Positions 39,147 through 49,215 of a stretch of DNA of 64,000 bases are shown piece after piece. This DNA is from an uncultured virus (IMG/VR IMGVR_UViG_3300031774_002347) (Duplodnaviria > Heunggongvirae > Uroviricota > Caudoviricetes): IMG/VR virus record IMGVR_UViG_3300031774_002347; one strand, 5' to 3'. The number at the start of each line of letters is the position of its first letter. The stretch's first letter is position 1. Position numbers and translations under genes: made by a program. The notes beneath the pieces are model-generated. The model saw nothing but the letters and a program-made list of their open reading frames with translations, was not told the DNA's origin and ran no database searches.

Positions 39147-41651
39147 ATGTATCAAAATGTTTTTTATGATAAGAGAAAAAACAAAGTGCATGTTTGGGAT
39201 GACAGAAGAGGTCATCTTATTGTACCTTATAAAAAATACGCATATGTAAAAAATGCAAGTGGGTTACACCACACACTTGATGGTACTAAAGTTAAAAAAG
39301 TTTACCAATGGGATGATGATGACCCAAGTTTATATGAAAGTGATGTACCAATCACTACAAGATTTTTAGTTGACCAATACACGGATTCAGATGATGTTGC
39401 AGAGGGAAATAGAACTTTCTATTTTGATATCGAGGTGGAAGTGGTTGATGGTTTTCCAGATGTAGAGAAGGCAGAAACTGCAATTACATCTATTGCATTA
39501 TATGATGAGATACTAAAGAAGTATATATGTTATACCTTAGATTCTAAAAATACTATACAAAATTATGAAGATGGTGATACACTTGTAGAGTTATTCAAAA
39601 CTGAACACGAATTATTAACAAGATTTTACCAAAAATATTCAGAAATACAACCAACGATATTAAGTGGTTGGAATATAGATTTCTTTGATATCCCTTATCT
39701 ATATAATAGAACAGTCAGAGTTTTGGGTTCAGAAGTTGCAAAGATGTTATCACCTATTAGACATTGTTACTACAATGAATATAAAAAGAAGTTTGTTATT
39801 GCAGGTGTTAGTGTGTTAGATTATCTTGCATTATATAAAAAGTTTTCACCAATTCAACAATCAAGTTATCGTTTAGATTATATTGGTGAAGTTGAAGTTG
39901 GTATGAAGAAGATTGAGTATGAGGGAACACTCAATGATTTATTTGAAAAAGATTTACAGAAGTTTATAGATTATAATATTCGAGATGTTCGTATTCTCGT
40001 AGAATTAAATGATAAGTTAGATTACATTGGAGTTGCGTGTGGTATAGCACACTTAGGACATGTTCCTTATGAAGATGTGTTTATGAGTTCAAGATATCTT
40101 GAGGGTGCGATATTAGTTTATTTAAAGAAGATGGGTATTGTTGCACCAAACAAACCAAGAAATCCTAAACGAAGAGGGGATGATGAAAAGTTCTCTGGTG
40201 CATATGTGCAAGACCCACAAAAAGGTAAACACGATTGGGTTTATGATTTGGATATCACGAGTATGTATCCAAGTGTGATTCGTTCATTGAACATATCTCC
40301 TGAAACTAAGGTTGGTCAAGTAAAGGATTGGAATGCAGAACAATATCTAAAGGTAGGACACAATAAAACTTATTCTATGATTAATACAAAGGGTAAGGAA
40401 ATACAAAAGATAACCAATACAGAATTAAAGAGTTATTTGGATGAGACTGGATTGAGTATATCGAGTAATGGTGTTATGTATCGTACAGATAAACAAGGTT
40501 TGATTCCTGCTCTACTTACAAAGTGGTTTAATGAACGAGTTGAGATGAGAAAACTCGTGAAGAAGTTTCACGAACAAGGTGATAAAAAGAAATCTCAATA
40601 TTTTGATAGGAGACAATACCTACAGAAGATTCTTTTAAACTCATTATATGGTGTATTGGGGTTACCAGTATTTAGATTCTATGATTTGGATAATGCAGAA
40701 GCAACCACAACAACAGGTCAATCATTAATTAAGTTTAGTAAAAAGATTACTAATCATTTCTACAATAAAGAATTAGGAACAAATGAAGATTATGTTATCT
40801 ACATTGATACAGATTCTATTTTTGCATCTGCAGTTCCTTTGGTAGAGAAAAGATTTCCCAATGAGAAATTATCTGAAACAATGATGACACAGAGGATTAT
40901 GGAGATATGTGGAGAGGTACAAGATTATCTGAACACAAGTTATGATTATTTTGCCAAGAAGTTTTTGAATATCGATAAGCATGTATTTGATATTAAACAA
41001 GAAGTTGTTGCAAAGACTGGATTATTTGTTACAAAGAAACGATACGGATTACGAATCATTAATGATGCGGGTAGAAAAGTAAACAAAACACAAGTAAAGG
41101 GTTTGGATACAGTCAGAAGTAATTTTGCTCCTGCTATGAAAGATTTATTACAAAATGTATTAGATGATATTCTTGCAGATGTTCCAAAAGAAAAGATTGA
41201 TGAAAGAATATCAGTATTCAAAAGAAATATGCATAACCTATCTTATGAGGTAATGGCAAATCCTATTGGAGTAAAGGGTATAGGAAAGTATATTGAAGAG
41301 GATGAAGAAACATCATTCAGTAAATATAAGAAAGGTGCACCAGTGCATGTAAAGGCCGCAATCAATTATAATTCTATTTTACTACATTGGTTTGAGGGTA
41401 GAAAATATGAGAAGATTACCAATGGGAATAAAATTAAGTGGGTGTATTTAAAGAATAACGAGTTTGGTTTTGATGCAATTGGTTATAAAGGATATGAGGA
41501 CCCACCACAAATATTAGAATTTATTAAAAATAATATCGACCACAATAGAATGTTTGAACAAGCAATGAGTAAAAAAATAGGAATGTTCTATCAAGCATTA
41601 AGTTGGGAAGCAGTGGTAGATAAAAAACAAAGTATTGAAAGATTTTTTTGA
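39147..41651 (+). CDS. Family-B DNA polymerase (T4 gp43-like)
   Basis: ExoI FDIEV, ExoII GWNIDFFDIPY, YNIRDV; DLDITSMYPS, KILLNSLYG, YIDTDS, KKRY. Confidence 0.95.
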   Translation: MYQNVFYDKRKNKVHVWDDRRGHLIVPYKKYAYVKNASGLHHTLDGTKVKKVYQWDDDDPSLYESDVPITTRFLVDQYTDSDDVAEGNRTFYFDIEVEVVDGFPDVEKAETAITSIALYDEILKKYICYTLDSKNTIQNYEDGDTLVELFKTEHELLTRFYQKYSEIQPTILSGWNIDFFDIPYLYNRTVRVLGSEVAKMLSPIRHCYYNEYKKKFVIAGVSVLDYLALYKKFSPIQQSSYRLDYIGEVEVGMKKIEYEGTLNDLFEKDLQKFIDYNIRDVRILVELNDKLDYIGVACGIAHLGHVPYEDVFMSSRYLEGAILVYLKKMGIVAPNKPRNPKRRGDDEKFSGAYVQDPQKGKHDWVYDLDITSMYPSVIRSLNISPETKVGQVKDWNAEQYLKVGHNKTYSMINTKGKEIQKITNTELKSYLDETGLSISSNGVMYRTDKQGLIPALLTKWFNERVEMRKLVKKFHEQGDKKKSQYFDRRQYLQKILLNSLYGVLGLPVFRFYDLDNAEATTTTGQSLIKFSKKITNHFYNKELGTNEDYVIYIDTDSIFASAVPLVEKRFPNEKLSETMMTQRIMEICGEVQDYLNTSYDYFAKKFLNIDKHVFDIKQEVVAKTGLFVTKKRYGLRIINDAGRKVNKTQVKGLDTVRSNFAPAMKDLLQNVLDDILADVPKEKIDERISVFKRNMHNLSYEVMANPIGVKGIGKYIEEDEETSFSKYKKGAPVHVKAAINYNSILLHWFEGRKYEKITNGNKIKWVYLKNNEFGFDAIGYKGYEDPPQILEFIKNNIDHNRMFEQAMSKKIGMFYQALSWEAVVDKKQSIERFF

Positions 41652-41729
41652 TTTTGAGATTTCTTGTATATATGTATATATATACGGATTATTAAATAAT
41701 AACTATTAACAAATTGGAGACAAAAGGTT

Positions 41730-42461
41730 ATGAATAAAAGTAATTTACTTCGCTTTATTAACAAGTATTCACTTGGTGGCGAAATTAAATCAGTAAAATG
41801 GACATCCAACGGACAAAAGTTATCTACACGATTCATTAGTGGAGATAAATCTTTGGTTGGTTCAGTAGTAGTAGACAACTTTAATGATGTAGAGGCATCA
41901 GAAGTTGGGGTGTATAATACACCACAATTAGTATCTTTATTATCTATCTTAGGTGAAGATGTAGATTTTGGTTTACAGAAGATGGGTGATAAGTTTGTAA
42001 GTGTTGATATGAAAGATTCACAGCATGGTACTAACACAAAGTATATGTTAAGTGATTTATCAGTTATACCAACACCACCAGAACTTAAAAATTTACCATC
42101 AACATTCGAATTAGAATTAAAGATTGATAGGTATTTCATTGATACATTTATTAGTGGTAAAGGTGCGTTACCAGATACCGATACATTTACTATTATTGCA
42201 AAAGATGATAAAGCAAAAGTAGTTATTGGTTTCAGTAATGTTGCAACCAATAGAGTAACAATACCAGTTGAGTGTGAAGAGTTTAGTGATACTGAACCAA
42301 TCTCATTTAATGCAAATATGTTTGCTAATATATTACAAGCAAATAAAGAATGTGAGAAAGCTGTATTAAAGGTTAGTTCAGATGGATTAGCTACAATCAG
42401 TTTTAATATTGATGATTATAAATCAGATTACTTCTTGGTGGCAACTCAACAAGTTACATAA
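41730..42461 (+). CDS. Sliding clamp (gp45/PCNA-like)
   Basis: 243 aa between PolB and clamp loader; ends VSSDGLATISF..SDYFLV. Confidence 0.7.
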   Translation: MNKSNLLRFINKYSLGGEIKSVKWTSNGQKLSTRFISGDKSLVGSVVVDNFNDVEASEVGVYNTPQLVSLLSILGEDVDFGLQKMGDKFVSVDMKDSQHGTNTKYMLSDLSVIPTPPELKNLPSTFELELKIDRYFIDTFISGKGALPDTDTFTIIAKDDKAKVVIGFSNVATNRVTIPVECEEFSDTEPISFNANMFANILQANKECEKAVLKVSSDGLATISFNIDDYKSDYFLVATQQVT

Positions 42462-43709
42462 ATGTATTTAGAATACTTTGATAAATTTAAAGGTATGACT
42501 CCTTATCTTGAAATAGATGAGAAAGAGTGGGAGTATATCAAAGAAACATTCGAAAAGGATGATGTCAAAGAGAGTCTTGCAAAAGTAGCAATGACTTATG
42601 AGATTCCCTATGCCACTATTTCAGAGGATGATGCTTATAAAGCTTTAATGAAGTTAAAGGGTATGAGACATAATGAAATATTGGTAGAGGGAGAGTGGTT
42701 TGCTCGAGAGGGAACTGCATACAGATATGGTTTAGAATTTGAGGGTAAACAACAATACTTTAGAAGAATCAACACAGGTAATGCTGCCAGTAATTTCTTC
42801 CAACAAGTCAATCGTTGGAGTGTGGATGGAACAATTGCACCAGGCCCAAAGAGAACTTGGGAAACAGAAAAATATATGACATCACTTATGGGTGCTGCAT
42901 ATACTTTGAAGTTACCAAAAATTACTGCGGGTAATCTTAGGATTATGTTGAGTTTGAGGAAGTATATTTGTTCTCAATTTAAACCTAATGTTGCAAAAGT
43001 ATTGTATGATAAATTGGGTAGTGAGAACATATTAGATTTCTCTGCAGGCTGGGGAGATAGATTAGCAGGATTCTATGGTAGTGAGAGTGGTAAGTATTAT
43101 CTTGGGATAGACCCACGAAAAGAAAACCATCCTATCTACAGAGAACAAAAAGAGTTCTATGAAAAACACAGAAATATGTTTTTCGAGGTTGATAAAGATT
43201 CAGAGTTTTTAGAATCACCAGCAGAAGATGTGGAGTTTGAAGAGTACAAAGATATATTTGACACCGTCTTTACATCACCACCATATTTTGGTGTAGAGAG
43301 GTATAGTTATGATGATACTCAAAGTTGGGTTAGATATAAAACTATTGATGAATGGAATGATAAATTTTTACAGGCAACTATTAAAAAATTATGGTGTTCT
43401 ATAAAAAGTGGTGGATATTTATTAGTGAATATAAGTGATGTTTATGCAAGTAGTGGAGCAAAACAAAAGAAGATGGGTACTAATGGTAAGTATTGGTTGG
43501 AGATTTGTAATCCTATGAATGATTTTGTATCAACATTTACTGATTCAGAGTATCAAGGTTGTATTGGAATGGAAATGGCTAAACGACCTAATAGTGGTGG
43601 TGCAGGAACTGCAGCAGAAGATAGATTCAAAGATGAGACGAGGGAACTGGCGGAACAAACAAAAGATAAAACATTTTGTGAACCGATTTGGATATGGAAA
43701 AAACTTTAA
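42462..43709 (+). CDS. Amino-DNA methyltransferase (m4C/m6A)
   Basis: Motif I ILDFSAGWGDR and motif IV FTSPPYF. Confidence 0.8.
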   Translation: MYLEYFDKFKGMTPYLEIDEKEWEYIKETFEKDDVKESLAKVAMTYEIPYATISEDDAYKALMKLKGMRHNEILVEGEWFAREGTAYRYGLEFEGKQQYFRRINTGNAASNFFQQVNRWSVDGTIAPGPKRTWETEKYMTSLMGAAYTLKLPKITAGNLRIMLSLRKYICSQFKPNVAKVLYDKLGSENILDFSAGWGDRLAGFYGSESGKYYLGIDPRKENHPIYREQKEFYEKHRNMFFEVDKDSEFLESPAEDVEFEEYKDIFDTVFTSPPYFGVERYSYDDTQSWVRYKTIDEWNDKFLQATIKKLWCSIKSGGYLLVNISDVYASSGAKQKKMGTNGKYWLEICNPMNDFVSTFTDSEYQGCIGMEMAKRPNSGGAGTAAEDRFKDETRELAEQTKDKTFCEPIWIWKKL

Positions 43710-44248
43710 TAGAAAAAAGATTATTTACTAAAGAAGAATGTGAAAAAATAAAATCATATGCTAAATTAAAAGTTAGAGTAATTGATGTCTACCATAACGA
43801 ATATGAAAAGGTTGGTAGTAAAATGTTATCAGATACTTTGCCTTGGGGTAACTCACCTTATGATATATCTTGGGTTTATAATAGGATTAAGGATTGGACA
43901 GATACCTTAGATTTAAACATTGATAATCTTGGTTACTCAATGATAATATGTCACTATAGTAAAGGTTGTTATTTTAAACCACATATAGATGATGTTATGA
44001 CAGGTACTGAGGGTGAAATTCTAAGGAAGAGATGTTTTACGATTGGTATTCAATTATCTGATAAAGAGTATGGTGAATATGAGGGTGGAGAATTACAATT
44101 TGAAACTAACGATGGTGTTAGAACAATGAAACAAGATGCTGGGTATGTTTGGATAGCAGATAAACATTTACATTGGGTAAATGAAGTTACATCTGGTATT
44201 CGATGGAGTGTTCAGATATTTTTAGAACAAGATGCAATAAAGGAATAG
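43694..44248 (+). CDS. 2OG-Fe(II) oxygenase (P4H/PKHD-like)
   Basis: PHID...YEGGELQF...HWVNEVTSGIRWS. Confidence 0.85.
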   Translation: MEKTLIEKRLFTKEECEKIKSYAKLKVRVIDVYHNEYEKVGSKMLSDTLPWGNSPYDISWVYNRIKDWTDTLDLNIDNLGYSMIICHYSKGCYFKPHIDDVMTGTEGEILRKRCFTIGIQLSDKEYGEYEGGELQFETNDGVRTMKQDAGYVWIADKHLHWVNEVTSGIRWSVQIFLEQDAIKE

Positions 44249-44249
44249 T

Positions 44250-45173
44250 ATGGAAGAAATTAAAAATACCCTATGGGTAGAAAAGTATCGGCCGCAATCG
44301 CTTGAAACTTACATTGGGAATGAACATCTCAAGAGTAAGGTAAAGGTGTATTTGGAGAGTGGGGATTTACCACATTTATTATTGTATGGGCGTGCAGGTA
44401 CAGGTAAAACCACTCTCGCTAAATTACTCGTTAATAATATAGATTGTGATTATTTATATATTAACGCATCTGATGAAAATAGTGTAGATGTAGTTCGTGA
44501 TAAAGTAAAGAACTTCGCATCAACACTTGGATTTTCAGAGATGAAGATTATAATATTAGATGAGTGTGATTATATTACACCGAATGCTCAAGCAGCATTA
44601 AGAAATCTAATGGAAACATTTTCAAAACATTGTAGGTTTATCCTAACTTGTAATTATGTTGAAAGAATAATTGACCCAATCCAATCAAGATGTCAATCCT
44701 TTCAGATTATCCCACCCGATAGAAAACAAGTCGCGATGCATATGTCGAATATCTTACAGAAAGAATCGGTAGATGCAAAAGTAGATGATATCGTAACGAT
44801 AGTAAATGGTGGTTATCCCGATATCAGAAGAGTAATCAATGCTGCTCAGAGACAAGTAGTAGATGAAAAACTCGTTATAGATGAAGCGATGAGTACACAA
44901 AACGATTACAAGTTAGAAGTTTTAGAAATCTTGAAAACACAAGATAAGAAGAATAGTTTTAAGAACATTCGACAACTATTGGCAGATTCCAAAGTTACAG
45001 ATTTTAGTGATATGTTTAGGTTGTTATTTGATACAGTCGATGATTGGGGTAGAGGACATGTAGCAGAATGTATCTTAGTATTGAGTCAATACCAACAAAG
45101 TGATGCAGTAGTAGTGGATAAGGAAATAAATGCTATGGCAATGTTTGTTGAGATAATAGGAAAAGTAAAATGA
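44250..45173 (+). CDS. Clamp loader large subunit (RFC/gp44-like)
   Basis: LWVEKYRP, GRAGTGKT, INASDE, ILDECD, SRC. Confidence 0.93.
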   Translation: MEEIKNTLWVEKYRPQSLETYIGNEHLKSKVKVYLESGDLPHLLLYGRAGTGKTTLAKLLVNNIDCDYLYINASDENSVDVVRDKVKNFASTLGFSEMKIIILDECDYITPNAQAALRNLMETFSKHCRFILTCNYVERIIDPIQSRCQSFQIIPPDRKQVAMHMSNILQKESVDAKVDDIVTIVNGGYPDIRRVINAAQRQVVDEKLVIDEAMSTQNDYKLEVLEILKTQDKKNSFKNIRQLLADSKVTDFSDMFRLLFDTVDDWGRGHVAECILVLSQYQQSDAVVVDKEINAMAMFVEIIGKVK

Positions 45174-45418
45174 ATATGAAAGCACAAAAACCAATAGGTA
45201 AACCACAACAGAAATTAGATTTAAGTAAAGCAGATACATTAAATTGTCAAGCGTGTGGTAATTATTTATTTATAACATCAACAATTATCAAAAAGATATC
45301 TGCAATTATGTCACCAAATGGTCAAGAGGGATTAATTCCAATTGAAGTATTTAGTTGTGGTAATTGTGGTCAAGTACCAAAAGAGATGTTAAAGGGTACA
45401 GGTTTAGAAACACCTTAA
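45170..45418 (+). CDS. Small Zn-finger protein
   Basis: CQACG...CGNCG. Confidence 0.6.
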   Translation: MNMKAQKPIGKPQQKLDLSKADTLNCQACGNYLFITSTIIKKISAIMSPNGQEGLIPIEVFSCGNCGQVPKEMLKGTGLETP

Positions 45419-45420
45419 AG

Positions 45421-45840
45421 ATGTTGTTCAGCATCAACAGAGAGGATGCAGAAGTATCTGATTTATGTCCATCGTTTGATTATGATGAGTGTACCTTATA
45501 TAATTTACAATATGAGATAGATTACTTTAATTCAATAATCAAATGGGATGGTATGTGGGATTTACCTAAAGCAAAAATCAGATTAGACAATGGATGGAAG
45601 TTTGTAGTATTTAATCCACAATCAATAATTCAAGGTTGGGGTTGGTTAAATACAGAAACAAGGGAAATATGTAATATCTATGTAAATCCTAAATATAGAA
45701 ATAAAGGTATAGGTGGTGAGATTGTTAATTCACTACATAGATATTGCCAAGATTGGGATACTTGGTGGGCACAATCAGATAGTTGGAATAAATCCGCACA
45801 GAAGATGTTCCTAAATAGTAACTATAATGTAAAAATATGA
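45421..45840 (+). CDS. GNAT-family acetyltransferase
   Basis: IYVNPKYRNKGIG (motif A) and WNKSAQKMF. Confidence 0.8.
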   Translation: MLFSINREDAEVSDLCPSFDYDECTLYNLQYEIDYFNSIIKWDGMWDLPKAKIRLDNGWKFVVFNPQSIIQGWGWLNTETREICNIYVNPKYRNKGIGGEIVNSLHRYCQDWDTWWAQSDSWNKSAQKMFLNSNYNVKI

Positions 45841-45878
45841 TATTTATATATGAATAAAAGTATCATTAGGAGAAGTTA

Positions 45879-47405
45879 ATGAGTATAGTAAATTATACAC
45901 AAAAATCAGATGTAAACGCTAAAGTAAAAGAACTTAGTGATTACATAACAGGTAGTGCAGGAGATTGGCCAGACCATAGTTATTCAGCATTTATTGGTGC
46001 ATATGATTTTACTATTGAGAGTGGTAGTAATGATACAAAAATATTTGAGTTTAATACAAATCCAAGTGTACAGATACCTTTATCAGTACAAGGTTCGGAT
46101 TTCTTTGATAGAATTGCACAATATGCTGTTACACAAAGTTATAGTAGTGTAAATGTTTATGGTTCTACTTGGGCAGATATGCAAAATCCAAGACAAACTA
46201 AACTTCAAAGTATATCCGCAAGTTTTGCTAATCATAACATAAGTTCTTCTTTTGTTTATGAGAGTTCAGCACCATATGTTAATTCTCGTGTAGAGGCATC
46301 TTCAAGTAAATTTCATCTTTTCGTTGATACACCAAATGGTTACGGAGCAGATGATACATTATATAGAATGGGTACTGGTTCTATGGATAAAACTAATTTT
46401 AGAACTATACTTCAGAGTGCAAATGTTGGTGAGACATTTATAGATAATTTTGTTTCATCATCAGTTACAGCTAATACTGGTGTAGGAACTTGGCCAGATT
46501 TTGTTTTAAAATCTAAAACTGAAGATGGTTCATTATTAGTTAGTCCATTCAATATAAGTTTTAACTCATATGTAAGTAATGCAGAACAACAGAATATATA
46601 CTCATCTACCTATGTAGATGCGGATGGAGTTGAACAAACCTGGGAATCAAATTCGGATTATAAAGAGAGTATGACATATTGGTATGATATTGAGACGAGT
46701 GCTGGTATATCTACTTATCCAGAAAAATTTATTCCATCTTCTGGTAGTTTAGATAGTAATGGAAATAAATACTTAGGGACTGGTAGGGCATATGTATTAT
46801 TCACACCACAACATACAGATGTATTGTGTTCTTATTATAGTCCACAATACATACAAATAAATCCACCTACAGGTGTAAGTTCATCTGCAGATAATGATTG
46901 GTATAAGTGGAAACTACTTGCAAATAGAGGTACTACAACACCGAGTGGAAGTTTAATTCGTATGTATGATGGTAGTACTAAACAAATACAAGATGTAGAA
47001 GTTGGTGATGTGGTTAAATCATATCAACCAGTTGGAATGAGTTTAAGTGACCACGATTTTGCAGCATATTCATCAACAGATTTAACCAATAGTGTTTCGA
47101 GTGGTTCAGTTGTACTTGAGGTATCTTCTAATGTACAGCCAGAACATTATGTAATAAATGATACTTATAAGTTTGGTTGGATGGGGATGATATTTGTAAA
47201 ACGAGCAGGCGAGTATAAGTTCCTTAGAGGATTTGAAATTGAAGTTGGTGATGAACTACTGGATAAAGATGGTAATCTTGTAGAGGTAACATCAACAGTC
47301 GAAGTAACTAGCGATGAAACTTTCTATTCATTAGATGTAGAGGATATTGATACTTATTTTTCAAGTGATATATTAGTTCATAACTTACCACCAAAAGGAC
47401 CTTAA
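45879..47405 (+). CDS. Putative circularly permuted ATP-grasp-like domain fused to a C-terminal Hint (intein-like) domain
   Basis: GAYDF..KIFEFNTNP, FVLKSKTEDG, PEKFIP in permuted order; Hint from ~46935 (GSLIRMYDGSTKQIQDVEVGD...YSLDVEDIDTYFSSDILVHN) then LPPKGP*. Hint call is firmer than the ATP-grasp call. Confidence 0.6.
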   Translation: MSIVNYTQKSDVNAKVKELSDYITGSAGDWPDHSYSAFIGAYDFTIESGSNDTKIFEFNTNPSVQIPLSVQGSDFFDRIAQYAVTQSYSSVNVYGSTWADMQNPRQTKLQSISASFANHNISSSFVYESSAPYVNSRVEASSSKFHLFVDTPNGYGADDTLYRMGTGSMDKTNFRTILQSANVGETFIDNFVSSSVTANTGVGTWPDFVLKSKTEDGSLLVSPFNISFNSYVSNAEQQNIYSSTYVDADGVEQTWESNSDYKESMTYWYDIETSAGISTYPEKFIPSSGSLDSNGNKYLGTGRAYVLFTPQHTDVLCSYYSPQYIQINPPTGVSSSADNDWYKWKLLANRGTTTPSGSLIRMYDGSTKQIQDVEVGDVVKSYQPVGMSLSDHDFAAYSSTDLTNSVSSGSVVLEVSSNVQPEHYVINDTYKFGWMGMIFVKRAGEYKFLRGFEIEVGDELLDKDGNLVEVTSTVEVTSDETFYSLDVEDIDTYFSSDILVHNLPPKGP

Positions 47406-47414
47406 AGAGTAAGT

Positions 47415-48005
47415 ATGAAAAAAAATAATGGTTTTAAGTATTATGTTGAAAAGGAAAACTTTCTAAGTGATTCAGAAATAGATTTTATTAAAAATAAAAG
47501 TTTTGGTGAATCTCAACACACAATCAATACCAATGGTAGTAGAGCCGAACTTGTTGGTTTGGGTGGTAGTGAGGTTAGAGATTACAGAAAAGCAACAGAG
47601 TTCCAAATAGAAAGTAGTAAAATTACTGATAAAATATTAAATCTCACTAAGGTTGCTAATAAACTACATTTCAATTACGATATTGATTGGGATTCTTACG
47701 AGAATTTCAAACTATTAAAATATGTAAAGGGTGATGGGTATGGATGGCATCCAGATTTTGGTAAAGGTGATGAATCAACGAGAAAATTAAGTGTTATAGT
47801 TCAATTATCAGATGGTGATGATTATGATGGTGGAGATTTAGAGTTTGCATTAACAACCAAAGATAGTGATAGTTTTGTTAAGGGTACGAGAAAAAAGGGG
47901 AGTGTAATTATTTTTAATCCATTAGTAATACATAGAATTACACCATTACTTTCTGGCTCAAGATATTCCATCGTTGGTTGGTTACACGGAGATACTTTTA
48001 GGTGA
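47415..48005 (+). CDS. 2OG-Fe(II) oxygenase
   Basis: WHPD...RKLSVIVQLSD..YDGGDL...HRITPLLSGSRYS. Confidence 0.9.
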   Translation: MKKNNGFKYYVEKENFLSDSEIDFIKNKSFGESQHTINTNGSRAELVGLGGSEVRDYRKATEFQIESSKITDKILNLTKVANKLHFNYDIDWDSYENFKLLKYVKGDGYGWHPDFGKGDESTRKLSVIVQLSDGDDYDGGDLEFALTTKDSDSFVKGTRKKGSVIIFNPLVIHRITPLLSGSRYSIVGWLHGDTFR

Positions 48006-48610
48006 AAGAAAACAATGATTTTAAATGGTTTATACATTTACCATTTCTTAGTGTAGAACAATGTAATGATTTAGTAAAAAAAGTTAAGGGTGAAGATAGT
48101 TGGGTTCAAGGTGGAACATATAATCCACAAGAAGAAGAGCCTACAAAAGTTAATCCATCTCACCATCGTGATTGTAATGAAATATATTTATTACCAGAAT
48201 TAAATAGTAATATAAAGAATGATTATAGTTGGTTGGTAGATAAACTAAATACTATAGTAAAGATTACAAATGATAGGGTTTGGAAATTCGATATTGAACG
48301 AAATCAAGGGGATTTTAGAACTATTGAATATCAAAAGGGAGACCATTTCAATTGGCATTCGGGTACAGATGCTGGAATACTATCATTAAACAAAATAACT
48401 TGCTTGATTCAAATATCCGACCCAAAAGATTTTGATGGTGGTGATTTACATTTTGCATTTAGTAATGAAAAAGAAGATTTTTTTAAATGTCCATATAAAC
48501 AAGGATATTTATTTATGTTCCCATCGTTTACGAACCATATGGTTACACCACTTAAAAGTGGAGAAAGATTTATAATGAGAGAAACCTACATAGGAGAACC
48601 ACTAAGATGA
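48002..48610 (+). CDS. 2OG-Fe(II) oxygenase with HxG in place of HxD
   Basis: WHSGTDAG...FDGGDL...HMVTPLKSGER. Confidence 0.8.
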   Translation: MKENNDFKWFIHLPFLSVEQCNDLVKKVKGEDSWVQGGTYNPQEEEPTKVNPSHHRDCNEIYLLPELNSNIKNDYSWLVDKLNTIVKITNDRVWKFDIERNQGDFRTIEYQKGDHFNWHSGTDAGILSLNKITCLIQISDPKDFDGGDLHFAFSNEKEDFFKCPYKQGYLFMFPSFTNHMVTPLKSGERFIMRETYIGEPLR

Positions 48611-49215
48611 AAAAGAATGAAAACTTTCAATGGTATATGACAAAACCAAACTTCTTTACACCAGAAGAATGTGATGAGTTTATTGAAAGGGTTAAAAGTA
48701 CGGAAAAGGGTGAGACAGGTTGTATAGAACCACATATGGGTTCAGACCATAATTTAGAATTTAGAAGTGTTAAAGAATGGTATTTACATAAAGATATGAG
48801 AGATTATGCAAAGGGTGATTATTCAGATATACAACAGAAATTATTTCTATCTGCAAAAGTAATGAATCAGTTATCTTGGAACTTTAATATTCAAGAAGTA
48901 GAAAACAATATAAAAATGATTCAGTATAATGGAGAGACTGAAGATTTTTATACTTGGCATTCAGATTTTAATGCAGGTCAAAGTTCTTTAAGAAAGTTAG
49001 CGTGTATTGTACAATTAACAGACCCAAGTGAATATGAGGGTGGTAAAACACAATTTGCTATACAAGACCCACATTCTATGGAGTATTATACAATTCCACA
49101 AGAAAAGGGAACTTTAATTGTATTCTCACCAATATTTTTTCATAGAGTAACTCCAGTTACAAAGGGAATACGACATTGTATTCAAGAATTTATAATAGGT
49201 GATACCTTTGTATAA
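48607..49215 (+). CDS. 2OG-Fe(II) oxygenase
   Basis: WHSD...YEGG...HRVTPVTKGIR. Confidence 0.9.
   Translation: MKKNENFQWYMTKPNFFTPEECDEFIERVKSTEKGETGCIEPHMGSDHNLEFRSVKEWYLHKDMRDYAKGDYSDIQQKLFLSAKVMNQLSWNFNIQEVENNIKMIQYNGETEDFYTWHSDFNAGQSSLRKLACIVQLTDPSEYEGGKTQFAIQDPHSMEYYTIPQEKGTLIVFSPIFFHRVTPVTKGIRHCIQEFIIGDTFV

Noticed and set aside
32712..41651. Introns or inteins in helicase, nrdJ or polB
   Set aside because: All three are continuous ORFs of ordinary length with contiguous motifs
46935..47384. Canonical splicing intein or mobile element
   Set aside because: No C/S at position 1, no TxxH, Leu at +1, no homing endonuclease and only a 6-aa C-extein
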